This document shows positions 8,163 through 17,528 of a DNA stretch of 50,102 nucleotides, one piece after another (position 1 is the stretch's first letter; each line of letters opens with the position of its first letter). The stretch covers positions 1 to 50,102 of IMG/VR virus record IMGVR_UViG_3300048575_000412; one strand, 5' to 3'. The notes under the pieces were generated by a model, which did no database searches, was not told the DNA's origin, and saw nothing but the letters and a program-made list of their open reading frames with translations. The translations under genes were made by a program, and so were the position numbers. The DNA comes from a virus (taxonomy: Duplodnaviria; Caudoviricetes).

Positions 8163-8587
8163 AGGATGTGGCCATCCGTCTGCAGTCGCATCCGCTGGTC
8201 GAGCTGGCGTGCCAGCACGCCGAGCGGCTTGGCTGCTCGCCGGAGAAGCTGTGCCTTGCGCTGCTGACGACCACCCTGCGGTCCGGCCTTGTCGACGGAA
8301 TTCTCGATGGAGACAGCCCGGACGAAATCTGCCCGCGCCATGGCGTCGTCGCCTGTAACTGGCCGCTTGGAAAGCGTCAGAAGCGAATATTGGCGCACAT
8401 CGTCTCCCATGCCGATGCCAACGGTCTTTTCTGCGGCTCCTATTCTGCCATCGGCGCGGCCACGGGCATCGTCGACGTCGCCAACTCGCTGCGCGCGCTG
8501 ATCCGGCGGGGCGAGATCGAGCGGGTGCGCATGGGAACGAACGCAAACCCGACCATCCTGCGAATTGCCAGCGGAGGGCAGGGTTGA
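8159..8587 (+). CDS. Hypothetical protein with C-terminal winged HTH
   Basis: MKDVAIRL...; SYSAIGAATGIVDVANSLRALIRRGEIER wHTH-like; ATGA coupling. Confidence 0.6.
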   Translation: MKDVAIRLQSHPLVELACQHAERLGCSPEKLCLALLTTTLRSGLVDGILDGDSPDEICPRHGVVACNWPLGKRQKRILAHIVSHADANGLFCGSYSAIGAATGIVDVANSLRALIRRGEIERVRMGTNANPTILRIASGGQG

Positions 8588-11196
8588 TGGATTACACCAC
8601 CTTCCTCAAGGACAAGGTGCAGATGGCCCCTTCGGGCGGCTTCGATGTTGCGCTCGACGAGATCAATCCCATACTGCTGCCGCATCAGAAGGCGATGGTC
8701 ATCTGGGCCTGCCGCGGCGGTCGCCGCGCGATCTTCGCCGCCTTCGGTCTCGGCAAGTCGATCATCCAGCTTGAAATCCTGCGCCTGGTCCTGTCGCGGT
8801 TCGGCGGGCGTGGCCTGCTGGTGCTGCCGCTGGGCGTGCGGCAGGAATTCCGCCGCGATGCCAGGACGCTCGAGACCGGCGATCATCCGAAGATCAGCGA
8901 TGCGCAGCGCAAGGCCCTCAGCCTCTGGCGCGCGGGACGCGCCGATCGCAACTACGATCTGGCCTTCATCCGCTCCGTCTCGGCCGCCGGCGAGACCGGG
9001 CTCTACATGACCAATTACGAGACGGTCCGCGACGGCAAGATCGACCCGCGCGCCTTCATGGCTGCCAGCCTCGACGAGGCGTCGTGCCTGCGCGGGTTCG
9101 GCGGCAGCAAGACCTTCCGCGAATTCATGCGGCTGTTCGACGGGATCCGCTTCAAGTTCGTCGCCACCGCGACGCCGAGCCCGAATGAATTCATCGAACT
9201 GCTGGCCTATTCCGCATTCCTCGAGGTCATGGATGTCGGGCAGGCGAAGACCCGGTTCTTCAAGCGCAATTCGGAGAAGGCGGACACGCTGTCCATCCAT
9301 CCCCACAAGGAACGCGAATTCTGGCTCTGGGTCGCCAGCTGGGGCCTGTTCGTCGAGCGGCCTTCCGATCTCGGTTTCTCCGACGAGGGCTACGACCTGC
9401 CGGACATGGTGGTCAACTGGCACGAGCTGCCGGCCGATCACGCCGGGGCGGGCACAGAGAAGAACGGGCAGGGCAGGCTGCTGCGCAACGCGGCCGCTTC
9501 GCTGTCCGAAGCGGCGCGCGAAAAACGCGACAGCCTGTCTGCCCGGATCGACAAGATGATGTCGCTTCGCGCCGAGGACCCGGACGCCCATCGGCTGATC
9601 TGGCACGACCTCGAGGCGGAGCGTCATGCGATCGAGGCGGCCATCCCGGGCATCGCCACGGTCTACGGCGCCCAGGACCTCGATCATCGCGAGCAGTCGA
9701 TCATCGACTTTTCCAACGGCGAACTGCCGGAGCTGGCGGGCAAGGCCTCGATTATGGGCTCGGGCTGCAATTTCCAGCGGCACTGCCATTGGGCGATCTT
9801 TCTCGGCATCGGCTTCAAGTTCAACGACTTCATCCAGGCCGTCCACCGCATCCAGCGATTCCTGCAGACGCACACCGTGCGCATCGACCTGATCTACACC
9901 GAGGCCGAGCGTCCGGTGCGCGACAGCCTCGAAGCGAAATGGCGCAGGCATATCGAGCAAAGGGCCATCATGACCAAGATCATCAAGAAATTCGGGCTTT
10001 CGGCCGCCGCCATGGCCGAGACCCTGCAGCGGTCCATGGGCGTCGAGCGGATCGAGGTTTCCGGGCCGGGCTATCGGCTCGTCAACAATGATTGCGTGCT
10101 GGAGTGCCAGCAGATGGCGGAAAACAGCGTCGACCTCATCGTCACGTCGATCCCGTTTTCGACGCAGTACGAATATTCGCCGAACTATGCCGACTTCGGC
10201 CACACCGACGACAACGAGCATTTCTGGAAGCAGATGGACTTCCTGATCCCGGAACTGCTGCGGGTGCTCTCGCCCGGCCGCGTGGCGGCAATCCATGTGA
10301 AGGACAGGATCGTCCCGGGCGGCATGACAGGCCTCGGCTTCCAGACGGTCTATCCCTTTTCCGACGATTGCGTCGCCCGCTTCAAGAGCCACGGTTTCGC
10401 ATTCCTGTCGCGCAAGACGATCACCACCGACGTCGTGAGGGAGAACAACCAGACCTATCGCCTCGGCTGGTCCGAACAGTGCAAGGACGGCAGCCGCATG
10501 GGCAATGGCATGCCGGAATATCTGCTGATCTTCCGCAAGCCGCCATCCGACGCGTCGAACGGCTATGCCGACAGCCCGGTGAAGAAGGACAAGCGCGAAT
10601 GGGTCGGTGCCGCCGGCGCCTGGACGCATCCGGAAGGCTATTCCCGCGCCCGCTGGCAGCTGGATGCCCATGGCTACATGCCGAGCGGCGGAAACCGTCA
10701 GTTGACGCCGCAGGAGTTCGCCGGCCTCGAGCATCACCAGATCTTCAAGCTGTGGAAGCGCTACAGCCTCGATGCCGTCTACGACTTCGAGCACCACGTG
10801 AAGATTGCCGAAGCGCTGGAGGAAAAGGGCATGCTGCCTTCGACCTTCATGCTCCTGCCGCCGCATTCCAAGCATGAAGACGTCTGGACGGACGTTACCC
10901 GCATGCTGTCGATGAACACGCTGCAGGCTGCGGCCGGCAAGGAAATGCATCTGTGCCCGCTGCAGTTCGACATCGTCGACCGGGCGATCGCGCAATATAC
11001 CGAGCCGGGCGAGACGGTGTTCGATCCCTTCGGCGGGCTGATGACCGTTCCCTACCGCGCGATCGGCAAGGGACGCAAGGCGATCGCCAGCGAACTCAAC
11101 CCCGCCTATTTCCTCGACGGCTGCAAATATGTGGAAGCGGAAGCGCGCCGCATGGCCATGCCGAGCCTCTTCGATCTGATGGAGGCGGCCGAGTGA
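8587..11196 (+). CDS. SF2 (SNF2-like) helicase fused to amino-DNA methyltransferase (N4C/N6A, beta-class order)
   Basis: AFGLGKS (Walker A), LDEAS, TATPSPN, QAVHRIQRF; then NNDC..SVDLIVTSIPF (motif IV), HLCPLQ, VFDPFGG (motif I), ELNPAY. Confidence 0.9.
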   Translation: MDYTTFLKDKVQMAPSGGFDVALDEINPILLPHQKAMVIWACRGGRRAIFAAFGLGKSIIQLEILRLVLSRFGGRGLLVLPLGVRQEFRRDARTLETGDHPKISDAQRKALSLWRAGRADRNYDLAFIRSVSAAGETGLYMTNYETVRDGKIDPRAFMAASLDEASCLRGFGGSKTFREFMRLFDGIRFKFVATATPSPNEFIELLAYSAFLEVMDVGQAKTRFFKRNSEKADTLSIHPHKEREFWLWVASWGLFVERPSDLGFSDEGYDLPDMVVNWHELPADHAGAGTEKNGQGRLLRNAAASLSEAAREKRDSLSARIDKMMSLRAEDPDAHRLIWHDLEAERHAIEAAIPGIATVYGAQDLDHREQSIIDFSNGELPELAGKASIMGSGCNFQRHCHWAIFLGIGFKFNDFIQAVHRIQRFLQTHTVRIDLIYTEAERPVRDSLEAKWRRHIEQRAIMTKIIKKFGLSAAAMAETLQRSMGVERIEVSGPGYRLVNNDCVLECQQMAENSVDLIVTSIPFSTQYEYSPNYADFGHTDDNEHFWKQMDFLIPELLRVLSPGRVAAIHVKDRIVPGGMTGLGFQTVYPFSDDCVARFKSHGFAFLSRKTITTDVVRENNQTYRLGWSEQCKDGSRMGNGMPEYLLIFRKPPSDASNGYADSPVKKDKREWVGAAGAWTHPEGYSRARWQLDAHGYMPSGGNRQLTPQEFAGLEHHQIFKLWKRYSLDAVYDFEHHVKIAEALEEKGMLPSTFMLLPPHSKHEDVWTDVTRMLSMNTLQAAAGKEMHLCPLQFDIVDRAIAQYTEPGETVFDPFGGLMTVPYRAIGKGRKAIASELNPAYFLDGCKYVEAEARRMAMPSLFDLMEAAE

Positions 11197-11675
11197 CCGC
11201 TCCCATGCTCTTCATCGTCACCGACCATGCGGAAAAGGCCGTGCTCGGTCTCCTCGGCCTGCCGCTCAAGGCGGTGCCTGCCTGGCTGTCGGTCGTGTCG
11301 ACACCGGAGCGTCTGGCGACCTTACCGACCGGCGCACCGGTCATGTCCTTGTGGGTTTCGGATGGCTCGCTGATCGAACAGCTGTGGCGCGAGGAGCGCG
11401 TGCGCCGCGCCTTCGACATCGACTATGACCGCCACGCCGCGCGGATCGCCGACTGGCTGAACCGCACCGCCGCGCGCGAGGCCGCGCTGATCGCCGAATA
11501 CTGCGCCGAGCGCGGCGAGCCCGTGCCGGCCATGGCGCAAGCCAATCACCCATCGGACGGCGGCGCAATCGCTGCAGTGAAGGGCAAAGCCCGACTGGCG
11601 GACGCCGTGGGCGTCGAACCGCCGCCGTCCGTGCCATCTTCCATCCCCCAGAAACGTGCCGCGAGGTGGTCATGA
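11193..11675 (+). CDS. Hypothetical phage protein
   Basis: GTGA overlap with MTase stop, ATGA overlap with next gene. Confidence 0.6.
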   Translation: MTAPMLFIVTDHAEKAVLGLLGLPLKAVPAWLSVVSTPERLATLPTGAPVMSLWVSDGSLIEQLWREERVRRAFDIDYDRHAARIADWLNRTAAREAALIAEYCAERGEPVPAMAQANHPSDGGAIAAVKGKARLADAVGVEPPPSVPSSIPQKRAARWS

Positions 11676-12202
11676 CCGCGATTCAGATCTTTGGCGACAA
11701 GCCGTTCGACATGAACCCGGCGCGGTTCGAGGCGCTGGCCGACCACCAGAAGGGCGAGCTGGTGCGGCTGATGTCCGAGCGTGGCTATGGCAAGGCGGCG
11801 CTGGTCAAGATCCTCGGCCAGCCGCTGGACCGGATCGTCGGTCTCTACCGTGAACGGAGCGCCTTCAGGACCGCCGCCTTCGACCGGGCGACCGGCGAGG
11901 ATTTTCCGCCGGCCAAGCAGGGGCGGACCGTCCGCGGGACGCTTTCAGCCCGGGCCGAGCGGATCCTGCTTTTGATTGCCCGTTCGGGCGGCCGGATCAA
12001 CCATAGTTTCCATGCGCTCGAGCTCGAAGCTGGCCTGTCGTCCTCGGCGGCCAAGGTGGCAGTCGGCAAGCTCTTGGAGCGCGGCCTCATCCTGCGCGAA
12101 TCGACCGACACGCGCGGCCGCTCCACCTTCGTCCTGACCGACAAGGGCGGGGCATTGGCCGACACGCTGACCACAAGCGGCGAGGGTGGTGGCGATGCGT
12201 GA
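11672..12202 (+). CDS. Winged-HTH (MarR-like) protein
   Basis: LELEAGLSSSAAKVAVGKLLERGLILRE...RGRSTFVLTDKG. Confidence 0.65.
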   Translation: MTAIQIFGDKPFDMNPARFEALADHQKGELVRLMSERGYGKAALVKILGQPLDRIVGLYRERSAFRTAAFDRATGEDFPPAKQGRTVRGTLSARAERILLLIARSGGRINHSFHALELEAGLSSSAAKVAVGKLLERGLILRESTDTRGRSTFVLTDKGGALADTLTTSGEGGGDA

Positions 12203-12503
12203 GCGGAAACCGAAAATCCTGCTGGTCGTCGCGCCGAGCATTACCGAGGCCCACAAGACGGCAAAGGCCCATGGTGTCGATCCGCAGGCCTGCGACGGAT
12301 TGCTGCGCACTGTCACCAACGCGCACCATTTGCGCGGCTGGAGCCATGGCACGCCCGTCATCTTTACCAACCGCGCCACCTGGGGCCGCAGCGCCGCGGC
12401 GCTGGCGCTCGACACGGCGCTCGACGCCTACCTGCGCACTGGCCGCCTGCGCCTCGCCGGCGACGCCGACATCATCGAACTGAAAGGGGAGATGCGGGCA
12501 TGA
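12195..12503 (+). CDS. Hypothetical phage protein
   Basis: MRERKPKILLVVAP...LRGWSHGTPV; 8-nt overlap with upstream gene. Confidence 0.6.
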   Translation: MRERKPKILLVVAPSITEAHKTAKAHGVDPQACDGLLRTVTNAHHLRGWSHGTPVIFTNRATWGRSAAALALDTALDAYLRTGRLRLAGDADIIELKGEMRA

Positions 12504-14410
12504 CTTTCGAGCTCTCCCGGATCTCCGGATATTCTACTCGCGATGACGCGCGAGATCGCAGAACGCCGTACCTTCATGTTTGTCGGCCGGGCTTGGTCCG
12601 CCGCGCGAACCGATCAGGTCTCAATTGTCTTCATCAACGCCATCAGATGTGTCCTGAAGGCTTTAACGTCGCTGCCGAAGTGAGCCTGCCTGTGGCAGTT
12701 AGGGCAGAGGGCAATGACATGCCTGGGATCGTCTGGGCCGCCGTCAGAGACGCGACGGATATGGTGGGGCTCGAGGTATGGAGTGCCTGTAGGACGCAGG
12801 AAGGGGGCCTTCGCTTTGCATTTCTCGCAGTGCCCGCCAGCCCTCGCAAGAACGTAGTCGCGCACGTCGGCAGAACGTTGGTAGATGTTCCGTGTCGCGT
12901 TGGCCGACGGGACGGAAGCTCTGGCCGCAGCATATGCTCTGGTTCGCAGAACAGACAGATCTCCGGCGGCACTCGGCGGGATCTGCGCTTCGACGACATC
13001 CGCCACAACGTCGAGCGGACGAAGTTCGAAAACGATTGCCTGGCGTGGCTTGCCTTCGCTGTCCTCCCCCTCTTCCCAATGCCATCCCTGGCAGATCATC
13101 TCATCTTTGAAGACGATGTGTCGGAGCGGGTATTCCTTTTCAAAAAAGAGCAGAGATTTTCCGTCGAGCAAGTGATTGGCAATCGCCTTGTTGCCGCCCG
13201 TCAACGTCATGTCGCCTCTCTGACCCTCGCCAAAGTACTCGATCAGACCATCGGCGTGCTGGCGATCGTTGTAGCCGTACTCGAGACCGCGTTTCCCACT
13301 TATGATGAAGATGACCGGGTGGCTCGCCGGCGTAATGATTCCACTCTGTCTTTGGCCGCCATATTTGGCGTGAATGTCATTGCGACGATTATAGGCAGTG
13401 CCGCGTTCAAAGCCAAAACTCATGAATTCTACCTCCGAAAACTGCACAGCTTGCCCTTTGTGTGCACGATGACAAGCGGCGGTACTGCGCTGGTCGTGTG
13501 TGTGCGGGTCACGTGCGAGCAGGCGCTCAATACCATGGACAGAGCCTCGGGGTGCGTCTTGGCCCAGACAGCTGACGGTTTCGGCCAGGACTTGGCAAAC
13601 CCTGCCATGTCCAACTCGCTACGCGAGCATGCCTTCATACCTTGCTGCCAGGGTCGAATGCTCGTGCACCGGGCCGAGAAGAGCGGTCTGCACGAGTACT
13701 CCGATCGAGTGCTGACGGTGATCAATCAAAGCATTGTCTTTGCCCATCGCAATGATCGTTATCTTGATGTTGTGGGGCCCTTCCTGACGGTTTTCCCATC
13801 CTGGGACGACCAAGGGTGGATCAAATACTATGTCATTTCCGAAGGACACGTTCTCATCGTCAATCTCAACGTTCCAGACCCGGAAAGAGAGCTCAAAGCT
13901 GGTGACAATAAACGAGTGCAACAGAAGTGTTCGTCGGTTCCAGTTGACGATTCGAATTACCAATTCCTCGTTTGCGTCGGTCCGCGGAAGCAAGTCAATC
14001 GTCGGAGGTGCGTCCCCAAGCTGAAAATCCGTTTGCTTCTGTGCTGCCTCTGCTTGTTTGAACAGGCTTCCGATCGTGAAAGCCGCCGCTATAGCCGCCG
14101 CCCATCCGCTCAAGGCGCCGACCCAAGTTACGAGACAATTGGCAGTTCCGTCACACAGGGCCCTCTGGGAGATTGGGTTGCCAAATATGAGGCACGCCCC
14201 AATGGCAGAGACCACAATTGGACCGAGCCATCGCATGACTTTGTCCGGAATATCGGTTTTCATTTTGCCCCCTACCTATCCGCAACCGATGATAATCACC
14301 GGCAGCATGGAAGTTCAATGGCGGAGCCCAGCCTGACCTTCCACGCATCGTGTCTCCGTCTGCGCCGCGGCGCTATTGCCAAAGGCGATAGTGAGGGATG
14401 CGCGGCATGA
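12500..14410 (+). CDS. 636-codon bridging ORF overlying two antisense cargo genes; protein function doubtful
   Basis: ATGA-coupled to upstream stop (12500-12503) with AAGGGGAG RBS and ATGA-coupled to primase start (14407-14410); no recognisable domain. Confidence 0.4.
   Translation: MTFELSRISGYSTRDDARDRRTPYLHVCRPGLVRRANRSGLNCLHQRHQMCPEGFNVAAEVSLPVAVRAEGNDMPGIVWAAVRDATDMVGLEVWSACRTQEGGLRFAFLAVPASPRKNVVAHVGRTLVDVPCRVGRRDGSSGRSICSGSQNRQISGGTRRDLRFDDIRHNVERTKFENDCLAWLAFAVLPLFPMPSLADHLIFEDDVSERVFLFKKEQRFSVEQVIGNRLVAARQRHVASLTLAKVLDQTIGVLAIVVAVLETAFPTYDEDDRVARRRNDSTLSLAAIFGVNVIATIIGSAAFKAKTHEFYLRKLHSLPFVCTMTSGGTALVVCVRVTCEQALNTMDRASGCVLAQTADGFGQDLANPAMSNSLREHAFIPCCQGRMLVHRAEKSGLHEYSDRVLTVINQSIVFAHRNDRYLDVVGPFLTVFPSWDDQGWIKYYVISEGHVLIVNLNVPDPERELKAGDNKRVQQKCSSVPVDDSNYQFLVCVGPRKQVNRRRCVPKLKIRLLLCCLCLFEQASDRESRRYSRRPSAQGADPSYETIGSSVTQGPLGDWVAKYEARPNGRDHNWTEPSHDFVRNIGFHFAPYLSATDDNHRQHGSSMAEPSLTFHASCLRLRRGAIAKGDSEGCAA
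12614..13423 (-). CDS. SRA-like + HNH endonuclease (McrA-type, putative modification-dependent restriction)
   Basis: GGAGG RBS; N-terminal IHAKYGGQRQSGI...GY.D...YFGEGQRGDM..GN.AI SRA-like; C-terminal CEKC...YLEPHH...GGPD...VIALCPNCHRQAH HNH. Confidence 0.88.
   Translation of the reverse strand: MSFGFERGTAYNRRNDIHAKYGGQRQSGIITPASHPVIFIISGKRGLEYGYNDRQHADGLIEYFGEGQRGDMTLTGGNKAIANHLLDGKSLLFFEKEYPLRHIVFKDEMICQGWHWEEGEDSEGKPRQAIVFELRPLDVVADVVEAQIPPSAAGDLSVLRTRAYAAARASVPSANATRNIYQRSADVRDYVLARAGGHCEKCKAKAPFLRPTGTPYLEPHHIRRVSDGGPDDPRHVIALCPNCHRQAHFGSDVKAFRTHLMALMKTIET
13619..14263 (-). CDS. Membrane protein of unknown function (two N-terminal TM helices)
   Basis: WLGPIVVSAIGACLIFG and WVGALSGWAAAIAAAFTI hydrophobic segments; GGTAGGGGG RBS; visibly more A/T than flanking phage genes. 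Confidence 0.75.
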   Translation of the reverse strand: MKTDIPDKVMRWLGPIVVSAIGACLIFGNPISQRALCDGTANCLVTWVGALSGWAAAIAAAFTIGSLFKQAEAAQKQTDFQLGDAPPTIDLLPRTDANEELVIRIVNWNRRTLLLHSFIVTSFELSFRVWNVEIDDENVSFGNDIVFDPPLVVPGWENRQEGPHNIKITIIAMGKDNALIDHRQHSIGVLVQTALLGPVHEHSTLAARYEGMLA

Positions 14411-15696
14411 GCACGATCCTCGACAAATTCATCATCCGCGCTCGCGAAGTCTCCTTTGCCGATGCCTGCGACCGGCTGAAAATCCCGGACGCGCCGAAGG
14501 GCAAGCCGGAATATCAGGGGCCATGCCCGGCCGAGGGCGGCAAGGATCGCTTTTCGGTCAACCGAAAAAAAGGCGTCTGGAACTGCCGCGGATGCTCGAC
14601 CGGCGGCCATGACGGGATCGGCCTTGCCGCCCACTGGCTCGGTCTCGATCTGCGCAACCGGGCGCAATTCCTGCTGGCCTGCGCGGCCGTGCTCTGTGAA
14701 CCGGTTCCGTCCGAAGGCGAGCGCGAGACGGACGAGGAGCGCGAGGCTCGACTAGCCCGCATTGCCGCGGCCAAGGCCCGCACCGAGCAGCGCCGCGCCG
14801 ACAACGAGAAATCGGCGGGAGACTATCGGGCCAAGGAAATCAGCAAGGCGCGCGGCCTGTGGCTGCATGCCGTCGACTGCGGTGCCGACGGAAAAGAGGC
14901 CGTGCGCGGCGCAACCGTGATCGCCGGCTATCTCAAGGCCCGCACCGGCTTCGACGTGCCGGGCGGAGTGTTCGATCACCTACGCTTCATTCCCGCCTGC
15001 ACCTACTGGCATGGGCAGGACGATCTCGGCAGGCCCCTGCCGATCTATAGCGGCCCCGCCATGGTCGCGCCCTTCGTTGACCCGGATGGCCGGATCGTCG
15101 GCTGTCACCTGACATGGATCGATCTCGGCCGCGCGCCAAAGCACCGACCGGATCTCGGCCTCGACGAGAAGGGCGAACCGCTTCCGACCAAGAAGATGCG
15201 CGGCGCGAAGAAGGGCGGGTTGATCCCAGTCTTCGGTGATCCGCAGGCCCGGCGCTGGGTTGGCGGCGAGGGGATCGAGAGCGTGGTCGCCATTGCCGGC
15301 CCGGAGGGTTTTCGCGCCGACACCTTCTATTTCGCCGCCGGCGACATCGGCAATCTGGCCGGCCCGGCTGATCCCGATTTCGCCTTCTTCCATCCGACGT
15401 TGAAAAAGCAGGACGCGGCCGGCCGGTGGAAGCGGGTGAAGGTCAAGGGGCCGGTGCCCCGGCAGGCGCAAGGCCCGGACGAAGCCGTCCAGGTGCCCGA
15501 TCACGTGATCGAGCTGGTGCTGATCGCCGACGGCGACAGCGAGCCGGTGGCAACCGCCTCCGACATGGCCCGCGCCGAGGCACGGCTCGGCCGGGAAGGG
15601 CGCACCGTCACCACCTGGTGGCCGCCGGAAGGACAGGATTTTGCCGACGCCATGGTGGCCGCGATGGCGCAGGAAGACGGGGCAGGGAATGACTGA
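14407..15696 (+). CDS. DNA primase-like protein (P4-alpha-type Zn domain + Toprim)
   Basis: GPCPAEGGKDRF...WNCRGC; GCHLTWID; GEGIES and LIADGD Toprim motifs; PPEGQDFAD. Confidence 0.85.
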   Translation: MSTILDKFIIRAREVSFADACDRLKIPDAPKGKPEYQGPCPAEGGKDRFSVNRKKGVWNCRGCSTGGHDGIGLAAHWLGLDLRNRAQFLLACAAVLCEPVPSEGERETDEEREARLARIAAAKARTEQRRADNEKSAGDYRAKEISKARGLWLHAVDCGADGKEAVRGATVIAGYLKARTGFDVPGGVFDHLRFIPACTYWHGQDDLGRPLPIYSGPAMVAPFVDPDGRIVGCHLTWIDLGRAPKHRPDLGLDEKGEPLPTKKMRGAKKGGLIPVFGDPQARRWVGGEGIESVVAIAGPEGFRADTFYFAAGDIGNLAGPADPDFAFFHPTLKKQDAAGRWKRVKVKGPVPRQAQGPDEAVQVPDHVIELVLIADGDSEPVATASDMARAEARLGREGRTVTTWWPPEGQDFADAMVAAMAQEDGAGND

Positions 15697-17497
15697 CAAG
15701 CAGAAGCCGGGCATTCCGGAGGCCGTCGCACGCATCCTCGCCGAGGCGACCGCGCAGCGGGCCGGATATGCCCAAAACCCCGAAACCCCTGAAGGCCCTG
15801 CGGGCGAGACTGTCGCGGCCGTGGCCGGGGACAGCGATGCCGATCCGGCCACCGTCGAATTCTGCGCCGAGATGGACCATTCCGACACGGACAACGGCAA
15901 GCGCCTCAGGCTGCACTTCGGCGACGACCTGCTGGTGGTCGCCCAGGAGAAGGGCAAGAATCCGACCTTCGCCGTCTGGACCGGTTCGCACTGGGACGTC
16001 GCCAATGGCGGGCCGAAGGCCAAGGCGATCGGCCAGCGCATCGGCGACCGGATCGCGGCCGAGGTTTCCTACATCAGGCCCAATCCCTACGAGCAGATGG
16101 TGATCGACCAGGCCGAAGAGGCGCGCAAGAAGCCGGAAGGCGAGCGCGGCGCGCTGGAAAGGAAACTGATCGCCGAGGCCGACAAGGCGCTCGAAGCCCA
16201 TGGCAAGCGGGTGAAACGCCGGCTTGACCATGCGGTGACTTCGAAGAACGTCGCCAAGATCAACGCCATGCTCGAAACCATCGCGCCGCACATCATGCGC
16301 AGCCCCGACGATTTCAACGCTGACAAGTGGATGGTCGCGGTCAAGAACGCCACGCTCCGATTCGAGCGCACCATGGCCAAGCGCCGCAACCCGCGCCATG
16401 TCAGCCTCGAGGATACGCCGGACGCGCCGGAGTTCATTGAAGTCTGCACTGATTTCCGCCTCAAGGTCATCGACGGCCATCGCCGCAAGGACCTGATCAC
16501 CAGTGTTGCGGCCGTCTCCTACGATCCGAAGGCGAAGTGCCCGACCTGGGACGCCTTCATCTCCAGCAAGCTGCCCGACGAGGCGGTGCGCCGGCTGGTG
16601 CAGGTGAGTTCGGGGCTCAGCATGCTCGGGATCACCGTGCAATATCTGTTCTTCCACTATGGCAACGGGGCGAACGGCAAGTCGGTCTACATGGAAACGC
16701 TCTGCCGGGTGCTGGGCGAGGCGGCCGTGACGCTGCCCTCGACCTCGATCATCGGCGAGGGCGGCTCATCGGGCGGCGCAAGCCCGGATCTGGCGCGCCT
16801 CTACGGCAAGCGCTTGCTGCGCGTCAAGGAGCTGCCGGAGGGCGAGGATCTGCGCGAGAACCTGGTCAAGGAACTGACCGGCGGCGAGACCGTCACGGCC
16901 CGCGACCTCTTCTCGGGCTACATGGACTTCGAGCCGAAATTCATCGCCATGATGAGCGGCAATGGCTATCCGCGCATTTCCGGCACCGACGACGGCATAT
17001 GGCGGCGCATGGCGGTCATCCACTGGCCGCGCCAGATCGCCAAGGAAGACCGTCGTGAATTCCAGGACGTGATCGCCAGTTTCGAGCCGGAATATCCGGG
17101 CATCCTCAACTGGCTGATCGAGGGCGTGAAGATCTATTTGCGCGAAGGGTTGGTGATCCCCGAGGCCGTGGTGCAGGCGACGCAGGCCTATCGCGACGAC
17201 ATGGACCGCACGGCGGCCTTCGTCGCGCGCTGCATCCAGCGCGACGACAATGCCCCGCCCGTCGAGGGCAAGGTGCTCTACCAGGCCTTCTGCGACTTCA
17301 CCATCGACCAGGGCGGCAAGCCGATGAACAACACCGCCTTCGGGCGCGACATGGGCAAGAAGTTCGAAAAAGACCGATCGTCCGGCGTCGTGCTCTATCG
17401 CGGCATTCGCCTCGTCAACGTTCCCCATGTCGACCGCGGCCAGGAGCCGCCGCCCGGCCGCTTCGACCGAGACGAGCCTTTCCCGGAGCCCTTCTGA
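15689..17497 (+). CDS. P4-family/D5-like SF3 helicase (primase-associated)
   Basis: DTDNGKRL, CPTWDAFI, YGNGANGKS Walker A, VKELTGGETVTARDL, DDGIWRR. Confidence 0.92.
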   Translation: MTDKQKPGIPEAVARILAEATAQRAGYAQNPETPEGPAGETVAAVAGDSDADPATVEFCAEMDHSDTDNGKRLRLHFGDDLLVVAQEKGKNPTFAVWTGSHWDVANGGPKAKAIGQRIGDRIAAEVSYIRPNPYEQMVIDQAEEARKKPEGERGALERKLIAEADKALEAHGKRVKRRLDHAVTSKNVAKINAMLETIAPHIMRSPDDFNADKWMVAVKNATLRFERTMAKRRNPRHVSLEDTPDAPEFIEVCTDFRLKVIDGHRRKDLITSVAAVSYDPKAKCPTWDAFISSKLPDEAVRRLVQVSSGLSMLGITVQYLFFHYGNGANGKSVYMETLCRVLGEAAVTLPSTSIIGEGGSSGGASPDLARLYGKRLLRVKELPEGEDLRENLVKELTGGETVTARDLFSGYMDFEPKFIAMMSGNGYPRISGTDDGIWRRMAVIHWPRQIAKEDRREFQDVIASFEPEYPGILNWLIEGVKIYLREGLVIPEAVVQATQAYRDDMDRTAAFVARCIQRDDNAPPVEGKVLYQAFCDFTIDQGGKPMNNTAFGRDMGKKFEKDRSSGVVLYRGIRLVNVPHVDRGQEPPPGRFDRDEPFPEPF

Positions 17498-17528
17498 TGA
17501 CCCCGCAACCCCTGAACGACTTTGTCCG

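Noticed and set aside
8440-10995. 851-aa minus-strand ORF
   Set aside because: Shadow of the helicase-MTase; no RBS, coupling or domain; expected at high GC3
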